Below, piece after piece: positions 51,916 to 64,000 of a stretch of DNA of 64,000 nt. This DNA is from Antedon mediterranea. Its lineage: Eukaryota; Animalia; Echinodermata. The stretch is taken from contig NC_092675.1 of the NCBI RefSeq assembly GCF_964355755.1, positions 9,853,812 to 9,917,811 on the forward strand. The letters run 5' to 3'. Made by a program: the position numbers and the translations under genes. The notes beneath the pieces are model-generated. The model worked only from the letters and a program-made list of their open reading frames with translations, searched no databases and was not told the DNA's origin. The first letter of the stretch is position 1. Every line of letters begins with the position of its first letter.

Positions 51916-54900
51916 TAATCAACTTTAAACTACTCCATGCTCATCAATATCATCAAAAAACTTATGATTACATATTTGTTGATGTTTACTGTATGTATTG
52001 TTTATTTTCAAATTATGAAATAGAATGATGCTCTCTCAAACATTTTTTTATATTGTAAACAGAGCGTTATTTGTATTTTGGATATTCTTGCACATAAATG
52101 ATTGTAGAATTTTTCCCAAACAAGTATATGTAAATTTTCGCTATTTTAACCATTGTGGTCGCATGCTCTTGATTTTTATAGTATTTTTATCTATGTGAAA
52201 ATTAAGATTATGCAGAAATTAAAAACTACCAGGGTGTATAGATATGTAAATGTAATGTATATCGTTTTATTTTATTTTGTGAAACAAACAACAAAATAAA
52301 AATAATCAGCTTATATACAGAACTAAATTCTATGAAAAATACTTTGCAAAATCACAATAAATGAAATGATGTTTAAAGCTTAGCTTATTATTATCATGTG
52401 TTTGACAGCATCACAATTTTGTGATTACCTCATATAAATAACTAAGGATATATGCTAGCTTGCTGAACTAGTGTTGCATTGTGAAAACAAAGATCGCTAA
52501 TATCTCTGCAAAAAAATGTTGTTGTCACAATTTTACAAATCATCTTATGTGCAAGAATTTATGATGTACCAATAATAATAATAGTGCTTACATTACTGTC
52601 ATTTGTTTTGTATGTATCTAAGTTTTTAAACAATTAGTTGGTAGTGGTGCAAATAATTGGTATCTTATAAGCAAGATGAACAAAAAGCAAGTCAGCTTTT
52701 AATTAAAAATGTTTTGTGTTTGGTGCAATAATGCTGTACATATTATTCATAAATGTTATATGTTTGATTATTTTATTGATTTCTTGAATTCACCTGCAAA
52801 TTGTTAAAAAATGTGTTGTTGGCCTACTATTACTGTTATACATAGATAGGTTTGATTTATAAAAACGTTTCTTGAGGCTAGCTGTGATCTACTTATCTGG
52901 TTATTAATCATGACGCACTCTCAAGGTTCATTCAGCAGTTCTGTAACATAAATCTATCTTTAGATACTTAATTATATGTTGTCCATTTGTTTGTAGTTAA
53001 CAATATATTACTGTATTAACCTTGGAACAAATAATCTGCTAATTATTAGGGCAGTAAGTGAGGGAAAAAATCTATAGTCACTAATTTCACAAGGAAAGAG
53101 TGCCACTCAACTTTCTTGGTTACCTAATAAGGTTAAAAAGACGTTAAAAGCTGATTTCATATTTCTAATATATTCCTTAATATAATCTTACAAAAGTCTT
53201 TGTTGTGTTTAGTTGTAAAACTATACACTCTTTGGAAAAAAATGGAGAAGTTCAATATATACACTAAAAATTGAATAGCTATTAAATGAACAAAGCATAT
53301 GACACGCAGTGTTATGGTTATCACCATCTGTCCTCGACTACGTCTGCTGTGAGACAATACATCTTAACAGTTTATTGATTAGCATATAAAAGTCTTTATG
53401 TGCTTAAAATAAAATCCTTTAAAGCAAAATTCGCAAATGACTTATTTAATTTATTTGTAAATTATACACAAAATTCTGATAATAGATTGTTCCTTTTTCT
53501 TACTCTCAAGTGAGATCATTGATATGATAGATATAATATCTGAAGGCTAGAGTAGCATCAACACTCAAGGAAATCAAACTGAAGAGTGTTCAACACTAAA
53601 ATGGCTGCTCCAAATCAGCCAGTTGGATAGAGATAAGGTTATACACTTCTGTAAAGATGTTCACACATATCTTAAAATCATTATATGCAAATTGAAACCA
53701 TTTTTTATCAAAAAAACTCTTCTACAAAAGGAAAATGTTGGAAAAATTGTTTTAACTGAAAAAGAAAATATTTGTATAAAATACATTTATATGTGTTTTC
53801 ATGTTAATTGAAATAATATATATGTTCATTAATAATAGAAAAAGCTTACCATTTTATTTGTTGTTGTTAGATATAAGAGTATTGATTTGGTTTATGTTTA
53901 TATAATTGTTCCATAAATAAGGTAGAACTAACAAAAATCATTATTATGTATACTGGTATTTATTGTTCATCAAGGCAAAACCAATATTGATTTTAAAATA
54001 AAGATTTTAAATTAGAAAATGTTTGAAATATAAAATGGAAGAAAATGTCACAAAGAAAGAATATTTTGTACGTCCATGAAAATTTAACTGTAAATTAAAA
54101 AGTAGTTTTAAAATTACCTTAACTAATACTAACCATTGGATAAATAATATATTGGTTTTCTGTTAGAGGTATTACCAATGGTTTTAATTTTCTTTTCAAA
54201 TACCATTATTATTCTTACATATTTTATACAGTATAACCTTAATTTTAAATTAGGATTATTATACCTTGAATTTAACTGAATGTACAGGTTAAAAGCTAAT
54301 GTGGAATATGTTATTAAACATTTTAAAAGTTACCTTTTTCTTCCGCATTTTATAATTACAGAAAATCGTTGGGAAATTAAAATAATTTTAAGTTTTAAAA
54401 AAACAATTTTAACCTTTATCCTTTTATTGGCATTCGTGTATTTTAATTAAAAATTTAAAAATAACAAAAATATGTATTTTCTACCTGAAAAATGATACTA
54501 ATTATGATATTAAAATCCGTTATTGAGTTGGTTTATTGTTAAAGTTAATCTCTATAATGTGCTAAAACGTTGTTAACCAATATATGTCAAGTGTAAAACA
54601 ATAGTGTATGGTGTACTTTGTAATAATAATGTACAAATGACATTTGTACATTTTTAATTAATATCAATAACTATGCTGCCTAACTGTTGGATGCAATATT
54701 AACTATAGGAGGTAAAAATCTTTGTCTTCCTACTACTCAACAATAATAATCTACCGAAATAAAGCACTATTCTTTCTTTAGAGGTCTAGTACATTAATAG
54801 TTACATTGTTTCATTTAGTATTAGGACACTTTCCTAACAACATTCACCATGTTTACATGTTAGGAACAATAATTGTTACATTGTTACTGTATTATTGACT

Positions 54901-56758
54901 ATTGCACTACTTCACCTTTATATTATAGCATCTATTTGAATTACAGTATTTATGTATAGACATACCTTGAATTATACAACATTATTTTTTTGTGAATGGT
55001 GTTGGTGTTATTCAATGTTCTACTCCTTACTGGTCTAAATAGTTCTACTATTGGTGTAACTAGTCACAGAAAAGGTGTAGAATAAATTATTAAATCTTTT
55101 AACTTTGATAAAATTGGAAGCACAGTTAAGAGTTATTTGAGAATAACATTTAGATATCTGTCACCTAACGTTGCTATTAGCAAGTAGATGAATACATGCT
55201 AGTTGAAAATCTGGGTTATCAGTGTATGTATTTTAACCTCATACTTAAAAATAATGAAACAAGATTGGGATTATTCGAGTGTCCAATCAAACGCATCAAA
55301 GTAATTCAGTATGCATAATTGCTTCCATATATCTTGGTATGTATTGATGAGATTTTAGGTCATTTTTTAAATGAAAAAATATAGTGAAAGAAACCTTATT
55401 GTAGGCATTCATCTTTAAGGTTTCATTAATAGTATAAAACTATGGTAACAAATCTGGGTAGCATCCAAAAATAATTTTTGTATTCTGAATTTTATTATTA
55501 TAAATACAATCCATGCAGAGATTTTGTCAAAAAGCATTTTTTTTTTCTAGATTCGGCAAAAAAACATTTATTGTTTGTAAGAAGTAACTGTTGATTTAAC
55601 AGCTGCCTATGTAGAGTATCTATTTTAGACAATTCCATAATGTATTCAATGGTAACAAAAAGCATAAAAATTGCAATAAAACCATGATAATTTTTTCATC
55701 GTTTGACATTGCGTCTTAAATTGAAAGTGTAAAATATGTTCTTAAGGTATAGATTCACCTGTCCTTATTTTCTGTACCGTATTTGGTTAAAATATTGAAT
55801 TATTACAGTTGTATTCACTAAACGTTTGGTTTAATTCTAAATATTATAATGAACAAGTTGATAATTGGAATATCATTAAGAACAAAGTAGAAACTCCAAA
55901 TTATGCAAATGTATTTTATAGAATAAGTGTATACATTTGTGTGTTTGATCAATGTTTGTCAATTTATGTTGTAAGTAGTTTGTTGATGTGGTGACTTTTT
56001 TTTTTTACTTTTAAGAGATTGAATGTCACATACTGAACAAACTCATAAACCTTTAGATGTACTGTATTATTTATTTGTAATATAATATTCAGTGTTTGAA
56101 ATAAGAGTATATTGTAATGCAGATATCGGGAAATAAAACAATGAAGTCACTCTACTTCACTTGTGAATAAACAACTGTTCTTTTATGTCTTGTTATTATT
56201 CGAAACGAATAAAGAAATTAATCTGGTTTCGGAAACAAATTTGTTGTTGAATCGTTTTGTTCTCTTTAATCTGTCGTATTTATAGAAAACTAGATCTGCA
56301 GTTTTCAGTAAACACTTTTGTAACTAGAGGGCGCTACAAGTTAATAGATGATAGCTGAGCTAAGACAATTTTAAATTTAATCTTAAAACATTTACAATTT
56401 AAATATAGAACTTCTAGGTCCTTGGGAAATGGCACTTTACATGATTTGAAATTACTCACAAGTCTCATATAGACAATTTTTTTAAATAGAGCTGCTAGGT
56501 CCGCGAAAATTTGTTTAAGGTGTCTGTATTATTATTTACCGGTACTAAACTTTAAAACCACAAATTGTATCCAACCAGCCCATGGTTAGGGTTGAGCAAG
56601 CTAAGTCAATTTTTGGAAAAAATATAGCTGCTTATAAATTGCACTTATACTTTGAAAATGTCAGGCCTATGCCTAAACAAGTGAACATTGGAGGTTGCGT
56701 CCGTATGCATATAAATTGGTCCCGTGTTGAAGTCCTGCATAAGATGATTTTCTTATTG

Positions 56759-58312
56759 TTTACCTCCGCCAAGGAGGTATATGTAATCGGTAGCGTGTGT
56801 TTGTTTGTTACTTGGCAAAAAAGAATTTTGCCGAGTATAGTATTCACTTTGTTTGTATGTATGTTTGTATGTTTGTTTGTTTGTTTGTTAGCACGATAGC
56901 GCCTACAGTTTTCAAGTTATCGTTCTGAATTTTTGGGTGTAGATAGGTATATATTGTCAGACCATGCCTATTGAAAATCAACAAAATTGGTTTATTAATA
57001 ACTTCACAAATAACAAAAATGATATTATTTTCAGACCGGCTAGTGTTAAAAGATAGGAGACAACTTTCAAAAGCCGGCGAGCAGTCTTAATAACAAGTGT
57101 ACTGAAATTGCATTTTCTCGAGAACTACTTGTCCAAAAAACATCATTTTTGTACAAGAGGCAAGAGTTATAAATTGTGATTTTTAATTCTAAAACAAAAG
57201 TTGATTCAGTGTACCAGCTTTTTTATACGAGTAGTTTTAAAAAAACCTATTTCTTTTCAAATTCACCCGTTTGTTTTTGGCGTTGCTGTTCTATTGTTAT
57301 TCAAATTAAACTATTGTAAGTTGATAATTAGTTTTGTTAGCACCAGCGTGCGTCCTTCCTTATTTCATCAGGTATATACTTACAGAACATGCCTATTGAT
57401 TTTCAGGTAAATTGATATATTACTACATGGGTTAAGGCAGAGGCGCCGCAAATACAGCTTCAAGACACTCCTCGATCATTATTCTGGTCAATCTTGATTT
57501 TAGAAAGGTCATTGTTGCAATGCCGGAGTTGTTTGTATCAAAAAATTATTTAAACAAATTATTAACCCCAGCAGGATTTTAACAATGTAAAGCTAATACC
57601 TAAAGCAAAAAAAAATGTATCTTTCAACATGCTCCGAGTCAGTGGATATATTTTGCCAAGTATTTCACTCAGTTTCTGAGTGCTTTCATTTGTTTGTTTG
57701 TTAGCAGGATTACTCAAAAAGTAATTACAAGATCTTTACCAAAATGAATATACAGATAGATATGTGGTCAAGGACCATTCCATTAAATTTTGGGACCATT
57801 GTCCCAATTCTGGACCACTTTTTAGTATACTTTTCAGACCTGCTAGTGTTAAAAGATAGGACAGAATTTTTCAAAAGCCGGCGAGCAGTCTTAAAGTAAC
57901 AAGTATACTGTAATTGCATTTTCTCGAGAACTACTTGTCCAAAAAACTTCATTTTTGTACAAGAGGCAAGAGTTATAATTTGTGATTTGTAATTTTAAAA
58001 CATAATTTGATTTAATGTTCACGTTTTTTGATGCCAGTAGTTTAAAAAACCTATTTTCTTTTCAAATTCACTCGTTTGATTTTCGCGTTGCTGTTCTATT
58101 GTTAGTCAACTGAAGCTATTGTTAATTGAAAGGCTTGTTACATAACCATTACACCAAACTCGCATACACATGCTTGTAGTGAAATTAGCCTAAATCACAA
58201 ACAGCATTAAGACACACACAAATATATATATATTTTTTTTGACCGGAGAAATCTTATGTAGGAGAATTTTACAGTAGGCGGAGGTATGCACTCTCGGAGT
58301 GGCTTTCTAGTT
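56759..58312 (+). mobile_element. HINE family A copy 3, containing a nested HINE
   Basis: Same termini and core as 1625-2580 and 6733-8080. Confidence 0.85.
56808..57691 (+). mobile_element. Nested HINE, family C
   Basis: 5' hairpin TACTTGGCAAAA-AAGAA-TTTTGCCGAGTA; 3' subTIR TTTTGCCAAGTA; stem-loop CACTCAG-TTT-CTGAGTG. Confidence 0.75.
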
Positions 58313-59211
58313 ATTTTATTTTTCTTTAAAAAAACCATTTTGACGTGACACAAGATTGTGATGAAAACTGACAGACAGAGAAATATAATCAGAGCAACGA
58401 AACTGTTAGGCCTATACAATGAATGAATTTAGTTCTGAGATGTTATTTTGTTTATAATACTTATTGTGTTTAAAATCAGAAGAGAAATATTGTGACCTTA
58501 TATTTTACAGCTATTAAACATTTTCAACAAAACACTAATCAGCAATTTGCGATTCATTTCATTGGTAGTTTCATATTATTGAATAATACGTTGTTTTAGA
58601 ATCATGTTGTGAGGGTTAGTCTATGTAACGCAGACATTTCAAGTAAACTTCTGACCAATCCAACGCGACCAGACTGTTTTTCTGATTAAAGTACGGCGGA
58701 CATCCGGTGTGCTAACAGTGTAGTCAAACGTTGCGCTACGAGTACCGCATACAATACAAGTATTCTTCGTCTTCCTTGCTGAATATAGCATGAATAAAGC
58801 TACGTACTTCATGAATAAAATAAGGACTTTTTAACCTATGGCTACATTCACAATTCTTCCGTCTTTATGGTGTACGTAGATCACGTATCCATAAGGTGTC
58901 TGTGTTATTTTTATTATTTACCGGCACTAAACTTTAAAACCACAAATTGAATTAATTAATGTCTCTAACCCGGCACAAATTTGTTTTGTTCTGCCTTAGT
59001 ATTTGGAATTTTGCATTGTCTAAAATATAATTGTTTTGATAAATTATTACCCAAATAATACTTTATGTTATTATCGCTTGTAGATGCCAATTTCGATACT
59101 TCGGCTTCCATACTTAGAATTTAAATTGCATGATGACTTCATTTACGCCTGACAAGAAGCTGTCCTGATTTAAAAAACCAATAGATGATTATGTGACATC
59201 AGTTTAAATAG

Positions 59212-59306
59212 CATAGTATAAAACTACCAAATAACGAGAGGCAAGAAATGATGATGATTTGAATCATGGCTCGCCTCTCGTTATTTGGAGTCAGTTTTAT
59301 TCTATG
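59212..59306. repeat. 95-bp inverted repeat (hairpin or tiny MITE)
   Basis: Perfect 16-bp arms CCAAATAACGAGAGGC / GCCTCTCGTTATTTGG, extended by CATAGTATAAAACT / AGTTTTATTCTATG. Confidence 0.8.
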
Positions 59307-59919
59307 ATCCCAAAAGTCATTAGCATTTGTACATACATTGTATTAACTATCTATTTATGCGTTAACACTCGTTATCTTATATTCATCGTGATTTCTTAAG
59401 AAGCATCTCGGTGCATTTTGTATCAATTTTTGTATATCGATGTATGAAAACTAAACTGATCTTGATTGGTCAAATGTTTGCGTAATTAATATATATTCTA
59501 TGCGATGCGTTCCATTCTCTGGCGAAGAACTTATAATTCTGAACCAAATTATCCTTTCACACTCACACGGAAGTGCACCATCCATGCAGGCTAGATTTAT
59601 GATGAATATGATTCTAAAATGATTTATCTTGTATTGATGGATTGATAACAAACTATTTATATTGATTAATAATTAGTAATGTGTAAATACATCAAGTATT
59701 TTAATTGGTGATATGAACTAAACCAGCAATTGTTAATAATGGTATATCTAGGATTATGAGTGTATAGCGCCACCACTGTAACTCATTTGGATACAGGAGG
59801 CATCACCTCTTGAACCCCGGTTCTTTTTAAGCGGACTCCAGCTGACAGGCGAAAAGGATACTAGCTCCTGCTGTGTACTTAAAAAGTTAGTTTAAATAAA
59901 ACTTTATGACTGGGAAATT

Positions 59920-60015
59920 ATGGCTCGATTTACTGTTAAGTTGGAAGGCGGTGCACCTTGGGGATTTCGTTTAAATGGTGGACGTGATCACCAAAGACCA
60001 CTCACAATATCAAAG
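59920..60015 (+). CDS. First coding exon of an N-terminal PDZ protein (PDLIM/Enigma/Zasp or synaptopodin-2 type); the rest of the gene was not found in this window
   Basis: [32 protein letters not shown] carries the PWGFRLxGG signature. Phase-0 donor AAG|GTAAGA. Confidence 0.85.
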
Positions 60016-62221
60016 GTAAGATAGGCCCAGACTACCTTCATCGGCGGACACTGGTACCATGGTAGTACTTAACCTGGAGTAGGACCGTTCTTCAGGACCC
60101 TACCTAGTAAAGTGGTGGTACATCGATTCCCTGATTGCCTTTACTATGGATAAAGATAATAAGATATATAAAGGTGTACTGAGAAAAGGTTGACGTAACG
60201 TCTAGGCTACTACTAGTACTAAGTTATATTGGAAATTATTCCCACCACCTGAACAATATTGACAATATTATTGTATAATGTTGGAATTCTTGGTGGTTCT
60301 TTCTTATCTTATCTAGTTATGTGTAGAGTTAGAGATAAATAAAAGATAAAGCATGTCCGTGGGTTTACTAGATAAATGCATAATACAATTTCTAATCATA
60401 AATCCAACCTACTGTGTCATAGATAAATAACAAATTAAAACAAAGTTATGTTTTAGAATTTAACTGTCAAATTATTGGTTTTCTTAAAATTTTTAATCAA
60501 AGACACAACTGTAGATATATATTTGTTCATATAGTAATAACCAACTTCACAATTAAATTAAATTAAACAAATAAATCTACATTCAAACTCAATACGTTTC
60601 ACAGAATGGAATTCTTTATATGATTTACCATATTTAAAAAGGCGCCATCTTCCGTTCCGTGAATCGAAACAAACTGTGAATGTAGCTTTATACACACATA
60701 CATTTTTATAGTACTTTGCTATCAAGTCAAATACAACTCTACAAAAGTCAGAAACAATTTGGGCAGCCCAAAACAATGTCTGCTTTTTGGAAAACTTTTT
60801 AGATTTTTAAAGTCTGGGTGTCAGGTAGTTTATGAAAAGACTTTTATTATAAAACAATAATTTTGTTAAAGGATCAGCTAAATACATTCTAACCATGCTT
60901 GCATGCTTCACACATACCACATCTTTTTAGTGTTTGTTTTTGTTGCAGATAGATCACATCTATAGAAAGAAGATGATTGATGACTTTGCTAATTTTTACA
61001 GAAATGCTTTAGTAATAAATTACTTGAAAACCTGACAATGTTTAGACACAACAACCTCCACAGACTGGGCTATATGTTTTTATTGTTTTTCTGATATTTA
61101 CCATCATTATATTTTTCATTTTTATTATTGACTGATTACTACTACTGTTGTTCGGAGTTGTTGACTGTTTTTGCCCAACTGAGATGCTGTTTCTTAATTA
61201 CGGTTTTATTGTACGCCACTGACAAATTTATAAAGTTTCTTGCTTAAGTTGCTGGTGTAATTCAGCATGCTATCCAATCAGAATGTTTTTTATAGTATTC
61301 TAGAAACTTCCAGAAGGACGAAACTTCCATTTTAACGATAAGTGTTGCCCTGTGCCTAAACAACCTTTTTAACTAAGTACAACAATAGTCGCATTCTGTT
61401 TATTTTTTCTTTCAATTACCAATTACTAATTTTACAATGTTTATTTTTATTTCATGTGTATAATAACAAACTGCATTATGCACAAACTGTTGATACAAAT
61501 TTCCCCTGGGGCTAGCAAAGAAAAAGAGATGACAATAGGATATTATAGAAAGGATTCTGTTGATGTAATTTTATAGGAGGTTATAGAAAATGTGAAAAGG
61601 CATTGCCTATTGAACACTAGTGAGAGCAGACAATAGTGGGGCGTGAACAATAGGTATTATAGTATGAATCATTAGATTATAGGTGAATTTCATCTAATAG
61701 TATCTTACCTAGATATAGCAGTATGGCGTAAGTAAGGAATATCAGCCTAACATTTGGGAGGCATTGGTTCGATACATGGCGTTGCCATATTGCTTGTATC
61801 AAGGCAAGATATTTCACTTTCATTTCCTTGTCCTTCGAATGAGATGTACATTTTTGTTTTTTCAAATTTATTTCCACACATAATTAATAAAATAATAATT
61901 ATATGTTACAATAAACATCATGCATTTAAAAGAAATGTGTGGCTGGTGGAAAAATAAGTTCAAATAACTGTAAGGCTTACCCACCAGAAGGTACATACAT
62001 GTGTCTCTAAACAGTTGTTTGGTCCCAGTGTAATACTAAATTCTAGTTTCATTGCAACAATATACTTTACAAAGTATAAATTCATGTTTTATGTCCTTAC
62101 TATTATATTACAGGTTGGCATAAAATGTATTAAACAATTTGTTGGATTCAATTCCCAATTACATTACAATAAATATAGTATTAAGTTGTTTTGGTCCATC
62201 TTACATTACTTGCTGCAACAA

Positions 62222-62281
62222 AATGCTCTGTATAGACCAATATCAATGCTCTGTATAGACCAATATCAATGCTCGGTATAA
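62222..62281. repeat. 23-bp tandem repeat x~2.5
   Basis: AATGCTCTGTATAGACCAATATC repeated. Confidence 0.85.
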
Positions 62282-63522
62282 ACATTCTTCATTTATGTAG
62301 CTAATGCTATTATAATTTTTAAAAAGCGCAACATACATAAAAAGTGTAATTTGCAGCAGTCACACATTTGGCAGCGCATGCCTTTGGAATGGGACATATA
62401 AAGGATAATTTTCTTTTTATTAGGATTGTTTATACTAGGCAAGCTGTTACACATACACCGATGCCATGATAAATGAAGATTTGCATATTATTACTTTGGT
62501 ATATTCTACAAAGCATATTATAATTGCCATATCTGATTACTGAAATTGATTTTGTATGTATAGTATTTTGGTTTTTACAATTAGAAATTGGAAACTCATT
62601 TTTAAATTACTTGATAAATTAGTTTTGTTACCGAGTATAGTTGATGTATGTGGGTGCATAAGATGTAGAGGTTTATGTTAGTATCAATTGGTGTACTGTA
62701 GTACAGTATTGCATATTTTGGAGGACTACCAGAGTGAGCTACTGTCTGCTGAGATCAATTTGACCATTTGCACAAAAATGAAACAGATTTTATAGAAACC
62801 TCACCTTTCAGTAGAGCGGTTACTGTATCATACATTTGTTTTTTCTTCTCAGATTAAATTCAACTTTAATTGAATTCTAAATGATACTATAACTACGCAA
62901 TTAATCAAGAGAAAGTAGTATTTGCATTTCATCAACTTATTTAGTTGTTTATTCAGCTGATTGCCATTTGACTTTCATTTATGGCCCATGCCAGCATGAC
63001 ATTGGACTTACACATAACAGCTTACTTATTCCAAACTTAACAGAACTTTTACTGTATACTGTAATAGATAGATGGCAGTAGTACATACATACATTAACAT
63101 TATATCACACATTTCTATAACAAACTCATCATCATACTGTTTATAACATTATTGAAATAAAAAGTACATCTGTAGTACTGATAGTATAACTGTTAACATG
63201 AAGAAGATAAAAATTAGAATCATTAAGAATGAAATCGCTTTTCTTTCATGCTTAACACTGATTACATTTTACATCTAAAGTTTTTCCCTATGTTGACCCG
63301 CAATGCAACGATGGGGAAATGGACACTTTTGACACATAGTTTGTTGTTAATATACAAGTGGGAAATCCCCTATTAGGACGTGGATTTAATAACCTACAAA
63401 CTGGTTCTAACGACGCTATTTTTCTGTAGTTTGCAAAGGATTGTGTAACTTGACTGAAAAACTGCGAACTTTGATGTACCGGCGGGGGGAATTTTTACAA
63501 TTGAGAACATTAGAACAATAGA

Positions 63523-63931
63523 AAGAACAATATAAACAGGTCCATCCCAAATTACACTCATAGTGATGTTGTTCATGCCTTAGAACAATATAAACAGATC
63601 CATCCCAAATTACACTCATAGTGATGTTGTTCAGGCCTTAGAACAATATAAACAGGTCCATCCCAAATTACACTCATACTGATGTTGTTCAGGCCTTAGA
63701 ACAATATAAACAGGTCCATCCCAAATTACACTCATAGTGATGTTGTTCAGGCCTTAGAACAATATAAACAGGTCCATCCCAAATTACACTCATAGTGATG
63801 TTGTTCAGGCCTTAGAACAATATAAACAGATCCATCCCAAATTACACTCATAGTGATGTTGTTCAGGCCTTAGAACAATATAAACAGATCCATCCCAAAT
63901 TACACTCATAGTGATGTTGTTCAGGCCTTAG
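63523..63931. repeat. 58-bp tandem repeat x7
   Basis: TTAGAACAATATAAACAGGTCCATCCCAAATTACACTCATAGTGATGTTGTTCAGGCC, near-identical units. Confidence 0.95.
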
Positions 63932-64000
63932 CCAGGAGAAATCTTTATTGTTCGGGAGAACCCCTTGACATTAGCATAGAACGCAAATGTGTTTACCGGC

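Noticed and set aside
62113-62281. Second exon of the PDZ gene
   Set aside because: The acceptor is plausible, but the translation (VGIKCIKQF...) does not continue a PDZ fold.
63523-63931. CRISPR-like array
   Set aside because: The units are contiguous with no unique spacers, the context is eukaryotic and there are no cas genes.

Overview
AT-rich animal genomic DNA, probably from an invertebrate and plausibly a deuterostome (inference from gene content and exon structure). It holds three + strand spliced genes. (1) A complete ZCCHC7/Air1-2-like gene with five zinc knuckles (7 coding exons, 8327-14805, 786 aa). (2) A DOK7-like PH-PTB adaptor (6 coding exons, 19209-51797, 1203 aa) with a 25.6-kb second intron and a long proline/YxxM-rich tail. 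(3) The first coding exon of a PDZ gene of the PDLIM/Zasp or synaptopodin-2 type (59920-60015). The rest is a dense set of mobile elements. These include a decayed Gypsy LTR element with nested hAT, Helentron-type (HINE), tRNA-bearing and LINE-tail insertions; three HINEs, two with other HINEs nested at the same site; three Harbinger-like derivatives keeping a Myb/SANT domain; a Mutator-type foldback; a canonical non-autonomous Helitron; Kolobok-like elements; and MITEs. The main leads are a minimal hammerhead ribozyme in a Penelope-like repeat, a (TA)n-associated mobile cassette carrying a tRNA cloverleaf plus flanks, HINEs that share a core but have different termini, a DOK7 PTB lacking its pTyr-binding arginines, and a MITE inserted exactly at the DOK7 stop codon. 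All calls were made by eye; no searches were run.
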